Virus record (IMG/VR): IMGVR_UViG_3300050821_002122
Coordinates: 125,690-189,689 of that record
DNA: 64,000 nt
Origin: a virus
Reading direction: 5' to 3' (one strand)
The notes beneath the pieces were generated by a model. That model was not told the DNA's origin. It searched no databases and saw only the letters and a list, made by a program, of their open reading frames with translations. Shown here in pieces: positions 40,745 to 50,956 of this stretch. A program made the position numbers and the translations under genes. Position 1 is the first letter of the stretch; every line of letters starts with the position of its first letter.

Positions 40745-40902
40745 TGAGAGTTAGCTTATTGGATAAAGCGATACTACGGCAGCATAAGTCTTGCACCGAT
40801 ACGATCCGCCGGCCTGCAGCTCGTCGAGCGCGGCAATAAAGACCGAGTCACCGCTAGCAGCAATCCGATGTATAGAAGGTAGTTCGATTCTCCCACTCTC
40901 GC
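40745..40902 (+). ncRNA. tRNA-shaped RNA with ~86 extra nt in the anticodon arm
   Basis: Acceptor TGAGAGT/ACTCTCG, D-arm GCTT-ATTGGATA-AAGC, ATAC/GTAT stem, T-arm GGTAG-TTCGATT-CTCCC; flanked by TAGTAAATA at 40731 and 40904. Confidence 0.6.
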
Positions 40903-40929
40903 CTAGTAAATAAGTAGTGTGCAGTTTAT

Positions 40930-41008
<79 letters not shown>

Positions 41009-41081
41009 AGTTTTTGCAGGGTAGTAAATTAAGGTTGCAGGGACGTTTGTGAGTGTCGAAAACTCTCAACCATAAAAGGAG

Positions 41082-41708
41082 GTGCTTTTGAGTCTTCCAA
41101 TAATGGTCAGAGCCGAACAACTTATCGCTGTTTCCGAGGCAGGTTTAAATAAAGATCATACTGACGTATGGTACTTAAAATGGATACGCCTCCGTAATAG
41201 CTCAAAGAGACGTGGATTATCTTGTCATCTTAGTTTTGCTCAGTACCTTAAAAAGGCAGTATCAGCGGGAATTAAAAATCCTGATGAAATAGGGATACGA
41301 AAACATCAATATAATCTAGGGAGGTTTGGCGACAAAGGTAACTATACAAAAGCAAACTGTAGATTTATTACAGTGGTTCAAAACAGAAGGGAGTCATGCT
41401 TAAATGGCGGAACTCAAGCTAGTTCCACTAAACAAAAGGGAAGATCAGCAGAGACACATAGCTATATAGCTAATCGCGCTGACGCATTATCTGGTAGAAC
41501 TAAACAGACTCACGAGTATCTGAATCGATCAGCAGTAAAGAGAAGTAAATCATTTAAGGTTAAGTCACCTTCCGGTGTTTATTACCGCGGAATAAATCTT
41601 AATGAGTTTTGTACGGCAAATGATCTAACGATGTCAGCTATGTCCCGTGTTTGTATGGGGAAAGCAGCACATCATAAAGGCTGGACAGGAAAATATTTGA
41701 AGGTGTAG
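41082..41708 (+). CDS. Putative homing endonuclease (HNH-like core, NUMOD-type C-terminus)
   Basis: LGRFGDKGNYTKANCRFITVVQN; C-terminal EFC..NDL...AMSRVC.GK..HHKGW; AT-rich codon usage; adjacent to the tRNA. Confidence 0.7.
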   Translation: MLLSLPIMVRAEQLIAVSEAGLNKDHTDVWYLKWIRLRNSSKRRGLSCHLSFAQYLKKAVSAGIKNPDEIGIRKHQYNLGRFGDKGNYTKANCRFITVVQNRRESCLNGGTQASSTKQKGRSAETHSYIANRADALSGRTKQTHEYLNRSAVKRSKSFKVKSPSGVYYRGINLNEFCTANDLTMSAMSRVCMGKAAHHKGWTGKYLKV

Positions 41709-41765
41709 TAAATGGTAGTGTACTAACCCGGGTTCGTAGTTAAATCTCATATCAAGGAAACTGAA

Positions 41766-42584
41766 ATGCCTATCAAAAAATCGAAGTCGAAAGCCAAAGA
41801 CACCAAAAAGAAAGCCAAGGACAAGGCTCCGAAGCTGAGCAAGAAAGAGCTGAAAGCGCAGGCTGCGGCGGCCGAAGCGAAGGCAGCGAAGAAAAAAGGC
41901 AAGGGCAAGAAAGACAAAGCCGCCAAAGGCAAGAAAGCCAAGGCTCCTGAAGCGCCAGCCGCAAGCAACGGCAATCTGTTCCTGAGCATCACCGCTGCAA
42001 CGACTGCCGCATCGACCAAGGATGTCAAAGTCTCGGCAACGCACTACGAAGTCAACGGCCGGATCATTCCACGCGCCAGCGTCATCGCTGTCGTCGGTCT
42101 GACGATCTACCACAACGTCATCATCAACCTCGGCGGCATCGCCGACATGACCGAGAAAAAGGGCATCACTTGCTACGTGCTGGACGACGAGCAAAACGTG
42201 GTCGCCTTCGATCAGAGTCGCGTGTTCATCTCGGCTGACGGTCAACCCGTAGCCGCCGCAGACAGCGACGACGAAGACGGCGACGATGACGACCTGGAAG
42301 TCGATGAGGACGACGAAGAGGAAGACGAGGACGGCGAAGAAGAGTCCGAAGACGACGACGAAGAGGAAGAAGAGGACGACGAAGACGACGAGGAGGAAGA
42401 CGACGAAGAAGAGGAAGAGGAGGAAAAGCAGAAGAAAGGCAAGAAGGGCAAGAAAGCTGCCAAAGGCAAGAAAGGCAAAAAGTCCAAGAAAGACGAGGAC
42501 GAAGAGGAAGAGGAAGAAGACGATGAGGACGACGAAGACGACGACGGCGAGTCCGAAGACGGCGACGAAGAGTTCGACATCTAA
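41766..42584 (+). CDS. Low-complexity protein: Lys-rich ends, small globular core, long Asp/Glu tracts
   Basis: Composition directly visible; terminator 42593-42625. Confidence 0.8.
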   Translation: MPIKKSKSKAKDTKKKAKDKAPKLSKKELKAQAAAAEAKAAKKKGKGKKDKAAKGKKAKAPEAPAASNGNLFLSITAATTAASTKDVKVSATHYEVNGRIIPRASVIAVVGLTIYHNVIINLGGIADMTEKKGITCYVLDDEQNVVAFDQSRVFISADGQPVAAADSDDEDGDDDDLEVDEDDEEEDEDGEEESEDDDEEEEEDDEDDEEEDDEEEEEEEKQKKGKKGKKAAKGKKGKKSKKDEDEEEEEEDDEDDEDDDGESEDGDEEFDI

Positions 42585-42635
42585 GTAACCAAGGGAGGAG
42601 GCCATCTAGCAGGGCCTCCTCTCTTCATTTGTGAG

Positions 42636-43898
42636 GTGCGAATTTTGGCTACTAAACGACTAGAATACTTTGCTCTGTATTCTGAGAAGTGTTTGACATG
42701 CAAGCATTTGGTGGAGATCGGTAAGGTAGACAACCGAGATTGCCACTACAGTAAAGGAAACACAGAATGCCCAGCGTCTGAAGTTCGCCTGGTCATAGTA
42801 GGCGAAGCACTATCGTATGCTCAGCAGGTGATTGAAGCGCGTGATAAACGTCACGCTAAAAAAGAGGCGCGTTTGATGAAATATGTCGGCGCGCAATCCC
42901 AGGCTTTTAAGTCTCAGTTCTACGACTTCCTAGACAGAGGCGGCAAATCTAAATGAGGCCCGAGTAATGAACAACTCAACATCCAATAATAAAATCTGCA
43001 CATTCACCAAGATCAAAGCGTGGTATATGCCGGTCGACGCAGAGACCTATAAGCTTATGAAAGCGGCTGATGCACCATTGACCCGTGTTCATGAGAACAT
43101 GATGCCCACACTACTGATGCTGCTGAAGTCGCGCAAGCTGCGTGCCAAGGCAATAGACTTCAACGAAGCGCTACTCAATCCGTATCTCGATGAATTGGGC
43201 AGGCGTTGGCAGAAGAAACCACACCGCAAGGCAACGATTACGTCGTCCGTCTTAAAGTTTGAAACCGAACATGCATCAGCCGCAGAGCTAGCACGCGAAG
43301 CCATTCCGAAACTGGAGACTTCCCTGCGCCGCTTCTTCCAACGGTGGGGCTTCGTTGCTGAGTTTCAGACTTCCGAACATCGAGGCAAGATCAAGTTCCA
43401 TGTCTCATACAAATTCGACTCAAACAAAATGCCCATCATTCCACTGGTGGAAGAACCTGAGAGTCTGCCGCAGATACGTTTGAACCTCGGTTACGTACGC
43501 CTTACGCTCACACTCGGCTCGAAAGAGGTTGAGACCAACATTGCGCTCGCAGCAGGCACTGATTGGAATTCCATTCACACCTCACGCTGTCTGTATTCGC
43601 AGATCAGTGATGTGCGTGCCATGATCGGTGCGCTTGCAGGCATCGTGTCGAAAGACGAACACAACGGCGACAACAAGTTATGAACGCCCCCAAATATCGC
43701 CTACAGCGCGATCATCAGTTTCATCTATCTACGGACGGCAAGAACACACTCTGTGGTCTGAGTGGCGACAAGTTCATTGTCTACTCTTCCAACCACAGTG
43801 GACCGTGTACTTGCCGCAGATGCAAAATGCAACTGGGTAGATCAATCATAAATGGGGAATACGATGGTAAAGAAAGCGGAAAAGACGGCGGAATATAA
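42636..43898 (+). CDS. Hypothetical proteins (42636-42956, 42967-43683, 43680-43898)
   Basis: Packed ORFs; the first and last have Cys clusters. Confidence 0.65.
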
Positions 43899-43983
43899 TT
43901 CAAGCCACATCGAAGTGCAAGGTGGTCTGGAAGGTATCAAAACGGGATTAACCAATGCAATTTACCAACGTACAAAATCCTAA
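43864..43983 (+). pseudogene. Truncated duplicate of the GyrB-like N-terminus (39 aa)
   Basis: MVKKAEKTAEYNSSHIEVQGGLEGIK vs MKKTDKAADYNSSHITTHSGLDGIR at 44947; own GGGGA SD. Confidence 0.8.
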
Positions 43984-44030
43984 GTACGCAATTTAATGGC
44001 ATCGTCATTAAATGTATCTAGGTGACTGCT

Positions 44031-44960
44031 ATGAAGAAATGGAAATCAGTTCCAACTGGAGATATTGGCAACGTAGGTGACGCGGTCCGACTTGGACCGC
44101 GTGCTTACTTGAAAGCCGGTAATGGTAGATGGGGTCTCGTGATAGACAGGCGTTTGATAGCTCAAATCAAACGCCTGTATGTCGTTCAAGGTATGAACTT
44201 GCGTGAAGTAGCTGAACTTCTGGTTTTGCCAGGCCATCCAAACATAAGCCACAGCCTAGTGCAGAGAATATGCAATCAAGAAGGTTGGATACGTTCACAC
44301 TACGGTCGGCGTGAGGCTGCTTTGGCTTATCTCAAGAGGAATAAGAAGAAGATAGCCATCTTATTTACCAAACATGCCCTTACAGTTCGGGAGCTAGGAT
44401 TTGTTACAAATGTTAGAATACCATTTTTGTCTGAATTCATTTCTGACGATCTTGGTCTTAATAGAGATACCACAGGTATGCGTCCGATTAAGGATCGTGC
44501 CATCAATAGTAAAGAACTGCATATAGTTCCCAGAAATACATGGAATAGAATTCTTAGAACCGACCCAAACGATTTGACTGTAGCTGAGTACAAAGCAGCT
44601 ATTAGAAGACTGACTGATGTGGTGTACCGAAGATTCTTCAATGAGGCTCATAAGGAAAGAAACTATGATGTCCACGTAGACCATATTTTCTCTTTGAGTG
44701 ATGGGTACTACACCCGCAAAGGCGGTAAGCGCATAAAGCGCGATGAGGTTGTTCCATTTAAATATATGGTTCACCCAGAGAACATGCATATCGTCACACG
44801 CCAAGTAAATCTCTTGAAAGGTGAAAGATCAAACCACACCTTAGCACAACTTATAAAGAAAGTAGAAGCCTCTTCAATTCAACTCAAACCCATTAATCGC
44901 CGCAAAGAATTACGCGTAATGGCAAATAAGATAAATCTGGAGCCTTATGAAGAAGACTGA
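44031..44960 (+). CDS. Free-standing HNH homing endonuclease with an N-terminal HTH
   Basis: HVDHIF...HPENMHIVTRQVNLLKG; upstream hairpin 43991-44013; AT-rich. Confidence 0.8.
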   Translation: MKKWKSVPTGDIGNVGDAVRLGPRAYLKAGNGRWGLVIDRRLIAQIKRLYVVQGMNLREVAELLVLPGHPNISHSLVQRICNQEGWIRSHYGRREAALAYLKRNKKKIAILFTKHALTVRELGFVTNVRIPFLSEFISDDLGLNRDTTGMRPIKDRAINSKELHIVPRNTWNRILRTDPNDLTVAEYKAAIRRLTDVVYRRFFNEAHKERNYDVHVDHIFSLSDGYYTRKGGKRIKRDEVVPFKYMVHPENMHIVTRQVNLLKGERSNHTLAQLIKKVEASSIQLKPINRRKELRVMANKINLEPYEED

Positions 44961-46923
44961 TAAAGCTGCTGATTATAATAGCAGTCACATAACTACACAC
45001 AGCGGACTTGATGGGATTCGAGTCAACCCGTCAATGTACCTCGGTAGTACCGGCGTCGATGGCGTCTACAAGTCGCTGGGCGAACTGACGGACAACGGCG
45101 TCGATGAGTACCTCGCTGGCCGCAACAAAGCGATTCGTGTACACATCGATGCGGACGGTTCGTACTGGGTGCTGGATCAGGGTAACGGTATTCCGCAAGG
45201 AACCAAAGAGGTGCATATGCATGTCAATGGAAAAGATATCGTCAACAAGCTGCCCACGATGCAGGCAGTGTTCGGTGAGCTACACACCTCGGGCAAGTAT
45301 CGCTCTGACGCCTACAAGACTTCGATTGGTACGCACGGTATCGGATCAAAGGGCACCAACGCCACCGCTGAATACTTTGATGTCAATACGTTCTACAAGA
45401 ACGAGTGGTACTCGATTGGATTCAAACGTGGCAAGCTTACGTCGAAGGTCCAGAAACTCAAGAAGGCACCGAAGGGACCAGACGGAAGCCTGAAGAGCGG
45501 TACGTGTATTCACTTCAAACCTGATGCGAAGATATTCTCAGTCACATCGTTCCCAACTTCCATGCTTGTCGAATGGGCGAAGGTTACGTCGTATCTGAAT
45601 CCTGGGCTCGCCATCGTGTTGTCAGGCAATCTGAAAGGCCAGAAAACGAAAGGCGGTCGTCTGGTCTTCTTGTCCAAGAAAGGACCGATCGAATACGTTG
45701 AGAAGCGTATTGCAGAATTAAAAACCGAGATGATCGGCAAGGGCAAAGTTTTTGAGTACAAATCCGATTTAGCTGATGTGGTCGTCGCGTTCACGATCCA
45801 TGATTCGGCTGATATACGAGGCTTTACGAATGGTCTGTCGAACAAAGAGGGCGGTACGCACGTTACATCGATTGTCGATGCGCTATACGACGGGCTATGT
45901 ATTGCACTCAAGGCTGCAGGCAAAGAGAAACTGGTGTTTGCGAAGCCAAAGAAAGGCGAGAAGGGCAAACGCACGGTATTCAAGACAGCCGACTTCAAAG
46001 AGGGCCTCGTAGGCCTCATCAATGCGAAATTGCACAAAGCAGAATTCTCATCGCAAGATAAGGGCAAGCTGACTGATGCGCGGATGGCGAAAGACTTTCT
46101 TGCGTTGGCCACCAAAGCAGCCACCGAGTTCTTTGCGAAGAATCCGAAGCTAGCGGCTACCTTGGCCGAACGCGCTGCCAAATTGGCGGCCCTAAAGTTC
46201 AACTTTGCGAACTCCAAGAAGCTGGTGGCATCACTCAATCAGCTCAAGCGCAAGGGTATGCCTACGAAGTTCATGCCAGCGTTGAGCGACACGAAGGTAA
46301 AAGACCGCGAACTGTTCATCGTCGAAGGTGATTCGGCAGGCGGCCCAGCTAAGCAAGCGCGCTTCCCGTGGCAGGCTGTATTGCCCATCAAGGGCAAGAT
46401 CAGCAACGTCATCAAGATGAAGGGTGACAAAGGACTGGACTCCGAAGACATCCTCCATATACTGGCGGCATCGGGCTTCGATCCGAAAGCCGCTGACCCT
46501 TATGCAAAAATGACGGTCAGTAAAATAATACTGTTAGCCGATCCAGACCCGGACGGCTGGCACATTAACAGTCTTCTGTTGGCTTTGTACTACAAGTTTA
46601 TGCCTGAGGCATTTGCACGTGGCATGATTTACGTGGCTCGCACGCCGGAGTTCTATGCAATCCACGGCGGGAACCTATATCTGGATAATGGCGCGCAGGC
46701 GCTGCGTAAGAAACTCGCAGCAGCCAAGGTACCGAAGACCGCTGTCGTGAATCACATCAAAGGCTGGGGTGAAATCAACCCAGTGCTGATGCGTATTCTG
46801 GCAATGGATGCATCAACCAGAACCTTGATTCAGATCGAATCACTGACGGACGCGGACGAGAAGTTCCGCAAGCTGATGGCTGACGACACCGAAGAGCGCA
46901 AGCAACTGATGGGGGTACAATGA
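44947..46923 (+). CDS. gyrB: Type IIA topoisomerase subunit B (GyrB/ParE-like)
   Basis: ELTDNGVDE, DQGNGIP, GTHGIG, EGDSAGG, PIKGK, DPDPDG, KGWGE. Confidence 0.96.
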   Translation: MKKTDKAADYNSSHITTHSGLDGIRVNPSMYLGSTGVDGVYKSLGELTDNGVDEYLAGRNKAIRVHIDADGSYWVLDQGNGIPQGTKEVHMHVNGKDIVNKLPTMQAVFGELHTSGKYRSDAYKTSIGTHGIGSKGTNATAEYFDVNTFYKNEWYSIGFKRGKLTSKVQKLKKAPKGPDGSLKSGTCIHFKPDAKIFSVTSFPTSMLVEWAKVTSYLNPGLAIVLSGNLKGQKTKGGRLVFLSKKGPIEYVEKRIAELKTEMIGKGKVFEYKSDLADVVVAFTIHDSADIRGFTNGLSNKEGGTHVTSIVDALYDGLCIALKAAGKEKLVFAKPKKGEKGKRTVFKTADFKEGLVGLINAKLHKAEFSSQDKGKLTDARMAKDFLALATKAATEFFAKNPKLAATLAERAAKLAALKFNFANSKKLVASLNQLKRKGMPTKFMPALSDTKVKDRELFIVEGDSAGGPAKQARFPWQAVLPIKGKISNVIKMKGDKGLDSEDILHILAASGFDPKAADPYAKMTVSKIILLADPDPDGWHINSLLLALYYKFMPEAFARGMIYVARTPEFYAIHGGNLYLDNGAQALRKKLAAAKVPKTAVVNHIKGWGEINPVLMRILAMDASTRTLIQIESLTDADEKFRKLMADDTEERKQLMGVQ

Positions 46924-48413
46924 GCAAGAAAGAGAAAGTGAATAGTGGTCTGAAGGCTCGTACCATTCGACAAAGCATCACCGCATTTGGCATGCGGGCC
47001 CTCAAGCTCTACGGCGATGAGGTGAACTTGGACCGAGCGACGTTGGATATCGGCGATGGCTTGAAGCCAGTTGCGCGTCGCATTGCCTACGGCTCATCGC
47101 AAGTAGCGAAAGAGAAATTCGCCAAGTCTGCACAGATCGTTGGTCACGTGATGGGTGTCTATCATCCTCACGGCGATAGCTCGATCTACGGCGCAATGAT
47201 TACGATGGTCAACTCATGCACGCCACTGATGCATGGTGACGGTAACTGGGGATCGATGCTGGACGGTGCAGGCGCCATGCGCTACACCAATGCGCGTCTT
47301 TCGCACTTCGGCAGAACTGGCTTCGATCCGAACTACATCAATCCGGCTGTCACATCGATGGTACCGAACTACGATGACAAGACTCTGGAACCTGTCAGCA
47401 TCCCGTTCCCATTGCCCGTCGTGTTGTTCAATGGTGGTGAAGGCATCGGCTATGCTACGGCATCCAATCTGCCGGCATTCACGCCTGATTCGGTGGTAGA
47501 GATTCTGAAACGAATGCTCAAGGGTGAGAAGTTGAAGGTAGCCGACTTCGCAAAGACGTTGAAGCCGGTCTACAAGTGGGGCGGTGAATTTGTCAACACG
47601 AAAGAGAATAAGGCTGCGTGGCTTGAGATGTTCACCTCGAACAAAGCCTCCGTTCAGTTCCAAAGCCCATTGATGGTCGATACTGCAAAGCGTACTATCG
47701 TCATCAACGAGTGGGTGAACGGTTTGAACGTGCTGAAGTTCATCGACTGGTGCAAGGCTCTCCCAGAAGTGCAGAGCGCGCATCCTACGAAAGGCACAAC
47801 CGAGTTCACTATCACGCTGAAAAAAGGCTACAACTCGGTCCAATTCGATTCGTTGGTCAAGAAGGTCCAACTCAAGACACGCTGCCGAACCTCGTTCAAC
47901 ATTAACGTTACTTCGCGCAAGGCCATCGTCAATGACGGTGTGGTTGATTATGAGGTAGCTTTGTTGAGTCTATCCGTACCGCAGCTTGTGCTGGCGTGGT
48001 TGCGCTATCGCATTGAGGTCGAAACCAAGAGCCTCACATATCGGATTGCAAAGCAGGACGAACTGATCGCCTACAGTGAATTGCTGATCTATGCTGCGTC
48101 GAAACTCGATGTCATCATACCGATCATCAAGAAGTCGAAACAGCCGCGCGTTGACTTGGCGGCGAAGCTCAAGATCACCGAGCAGCAGGCCGATCAAATT
48201 CTCGATCTAACGCTGCGCAAGCTGACGCGGTTGGACCAAGACGAAATTGAGGCGCGTCGCAAAGAACAGATCAAGCATCTCAAGCAATTGAAAGAGTGGC
48301 TGGCGAAGCCCAAGCGGAAGGTCGCTGCGGATATTGATCTAGCGATGGAGGCGATCAAAGCGGATCGTGACTACGCGAAAAAAGCAGCGACACAGGTCCT
48401 GAAGGTTGCTTAA
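46920..48413 (+). CDS. gyrA: Type IIA topoisomerase subunit A (GyrA/ParC-like), no C-terminal beta-pinwheel
   Basis: DGLKPVARR, YHPHGDSSIY, catalytic AMRYT; only 497 aa. Confidence 0.96.
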   Translation: MSKKEKVNSGLKARTIRQSITAFGMRALKLYGDEVNLDRATLDIGDGLKPVARRIAYGSSQVAKEKFAKSAQIVGHVMGVYHPHGDSSIYGAMITMVNSCTPLMHGDGNWGSMLDGAGAMRYTNARLSHFGRTGFDPNYINPAVTSMVPNYDDKTLEPVSIPFPLPVVLFNGGEGIGYATASNLPAFTPDSVVEILKRMLKGEKLKVADFAKTLKPVYKWGGEFVNTKENKAAWLEMFTSNKASVQFQSPLMVDTAKRTIVINEWVNGLNVLKFIDWCKALPEVQSAHPTKGTTEFTITLKKGYNSVQFDSLVKKVQLKTRCRTSFNINVTSRKAIVNDGVVDYEVALLSLSVPQLVLAWLRYRIEVETKSLTYRIAKQDELIAYSELLIYAASKLDVIIPIIKKSKQPRVDLAAKLKITEQQADQILDLTLRKLTRLDQDEIEARRKEQIKHLKQLKEWLAKPKRKVAADIDLAMEAIKADRDYAKKAATQVLKVA

Positions 48414-48520
48414 TTTTTGAGCAGCTTACCTGCGTGCTAGTCGGCACCAGTGCTGTTGTAAATTTGCTACTCTGATTAATTTTTGAGCAGCTATAGACCT
48501 TGCTGAATTGAAATGTTTCA

Positions 48521-48580
48521 TGATATAATAGAAGCGTAAGAACCGTATTAATCGACCAGAACCATATAAACGATTTATAC
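48521..48580 (+). promoter_or_regulatory. Promoter TGATATAATAGAAGCGTA plus downstream TATAAACGATTTATAC palindrome
   Basis: Third copy of the module; 16-bp direct repeat TAATTTTTGAGCAGCT at 48411 and 48477 upstream. Confidence 0.7.
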
Positions 48581-48664
48581 TGTTTAACAAGTTTCAACGG
48601 TTCAGGTGATGGTTCACCCGTCGCTTTCGTCTGGACCTATTCTTAGACGGGAAAAGGAAATACC

Positions 48665-50268
48665 ATGTTGCACGCAACTCAAGACGACAGCAAGAAATTG
48701 CAAATGCAAATCGGTCAGATCATCAGCGCACACCCGGCTCGGCAGTTTATTTTTGCCGATAACCGACGTCTGTATGAGGTCTGCAGGTTCTCAAAACTTC
48801 AGCTCCGACAACTCCGCGATGAGGTTAACGATGTTCTTAGCGGAACCGCATTCTGCAAGGCTCACGGCGTCTGGAATTATTCTGAATACGGTGACGGTTG
48901 GTTCGTGTTCACCAAATTCGTTGGTAGTGACAACGATAATTCGCCAGATGTTATCGACTACCTTTGCGATAACTTCATCGCTGCAAAGTATGAATTCGCA
49001 GCAGAGAGCAAGAACGGTCGGGCTGCCAAATTGGCAGAGCGTGCTGCCAAATTGGCAGAGCGTATCAAGCGGGATGCAATCATCATGCTGAGCGTCAGCA
49101 AAATCATGTTGCAGCACGGTGTCGAACACGCTGCGGCAATGTCGAACAAATACGATGCCGAACGGAAAGCAATCATGATGGCCGAAGGCATGACGCAGCA
49201 AGAAGTCGACCTCGCCATCGACGAAGAAATCAACAACGACTGGTAATCAATTAGGGCTTAGCAGGGGCTCCCTTTGAACGTCCCTGCAATTGGAGGCATC
49301 ATGGCACGTAGTATCCACATCGAATCCCAATCCGGTCACCTGCTGTTCGGAACCTGTCGTGACGACGGTGCAATTGAACTCAGCGGCCGACCAATCAGTA
49401 CTGACGTAAGCAAAGACTTGAAAAAACGGTTCAAGCGCGACCCTCACTACGTTACGGCCGTCGTAAACCTGAGAGGACCTGATGGCACTTTCGATGACTT
49501 GCGCGCTGCATACTTTGAAGAGACCAACGCACTGGCTCGGGCGAACGCAACATTTTGGTCGATCAAAATCTCTGAGCGGCCAGTTACACCAGGTCACAAT
49601 CTTCCGGCCACGGAAACCGGCGGCATCGCGGTCGAGCATGCCATCGACGTTGGTGAACAAACCGTGTTTGACGAATTGGAACTCGGGCAGATTTTCAAGT
49701 ACGCGGCTGGTCACCCAAAACTTACGCATGCGATCAAAGTCGGTCGCTCTACCGCACTCATCAACATCGAAATCCATCACTACGATGGTATGGTTCTGAT
49801 GCGAGCGCGTCATGACTCAACCAAAGAGCGTCTTCGTAAGGATACGCAAGTCGCAATTGTATGTCCGAAGCAAACGAAAGAGGTGACAGCATGAGAGAGA
49901 TGATAGACAGAATTTTTGCGCGCCTTGGAATTCGTGAGGCAGAGTATTTGATCGAAGGCATGGCGCGCGTTGGTCCGAAAACAACGGGTGAGGACATGTG
50001 GTTTCAAGTTCGTATGAAACCGGATGCGAAACACAAAGAACCAAGCGTCAAGGTTCGTCTCAAAGATTCGCGGTTTGAGGACGACAAGAAAAACACCTCA
50101 GTCGTCAGCATAAATAAACCTCGCGTCATAAAAGGCCCAGACCTTAATAAGGCTGCTATGCAGCGTGTGAAGGTTGTCTTAGACAGAGCGCGACCAACCT
50201 TGCTAGGTTACTGGGAGGGTACAGTGCGTGATACTGAGGATGTATTAGACGCAATGCGCCCGAAATAA
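48665..50268 (+). CDS. Hypothetical proteins (48665-49246, 49301-49894, 49891-50268; the last weakly DUF4160-like)
   Basis: ORFs with SDs. Confidence 0.65.
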
Positions 50269-50409
50269 GTTTCAAGTTGCTGGCCGTGGTTTGCACATTG
50301 TTCACGGCCAGCAATTTTAAACCGAGCCCAGTTATCTGGAATCGGAGTGCAGTAAATAAACAATGTGCAATGCACAAACCTAACCCTTCTTAAATCTAAG
50401 GAAATCGAA

Positions 50410-50856
50410 ATGGCCAAGACCGACATCGCAGCAACCCTGAAAGCTGCCGCCAAACACATCACCACGCTGGAACGTGCAAACGCAAAGCTGACCAAGGACA
50501 ACGAAAAGCTGGAGGCCAAACTGGAAGGCGGCGCCAAGCCAAAGAAAGCCAAGAAAGCCGACAAGGCTGAGAAAGCCGACAAGAAAGAAAAGAAAGCCGG
50601 CAAGAAAGTGAAAGCCGAGAAGTCGGAAAAGAAAGAAAAGAAAGCCGGCAAAAAAGTCAAAGCTGACAAAGCCGAAAAATCCGAGAAGAAGGAAAAGAAA
50701 GCCAAGAAAGCCGACAAAGCTGAAAAGGGCGACAAGAAGGCTGGCAAGAAAGTGAAAGCCGACAAGAAAGAAAAGGGTGGCAAGAAAGCCAAGAAGGCTG
50801 ACAAGGCCGAAAAAGGTGGCAAGAAGTCGAAGAAAGACGATGACTTCCTGCTGTAA
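50410..50856 (+). CDS. Histone H1-like Lys/Ala-rich repeat protein
   Basis: KKAKKADKAEK and KKEKKAGKKVKA repeats; CAGTAAATA upstream (50350), terminator downstream. Confidence 0.8.
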   Translation: MAKTDIAATLKAAAKHITTLERANAKLTKDNEKLEAKLEGGAKPKKAKKADKAEKADKKEKKAGKKVKAEKSEKKEKKAGKKVKADKAEKSEKKEKKAKKADKAEKGDKKAGKKVKADKKEKGGKKAKKADKAEKGGKKSKKDDDFLL

Positions 50857-50956
50857 GCTGAAGTCGGTAATGTGACGAGAGAAGCCAGGTCCTGCATCTG
50901 GCTTCTCTTTCGTCGTTTCTGCGCGTTATGAACCACGCCACCCTCTAGGGGAAATC

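Noticed and set aside
40745-40902. tmRNA
   Set aside because: It has a true D-stem, lacks G3-U70 and ACCA, is only ~158 nt, and has no stop-terminated ALAA-type tag (PLAA occurs but reads through)
41634-42605. 323-aa hydrophobic and poly-Ser minus-strand ORFs
   Set aside because: They are antisense or alternative-frame artefacts of the Lys/Glu/Asp low-complexity gene
49022-49063. 21-bp tandem duplication encoding AAKLAER twice, similar to a stretch in gyrB
   Set aside because: A simple in-frame slippage duplication; the 14-nt match to gyrB is explained by common helical residues
50208-50941. Phe/Leu/Ser-rich minus-strand ORFs resembling membrane proteins
   Set aside because: They are the reverse complement of the Lys/Ala repeat gene
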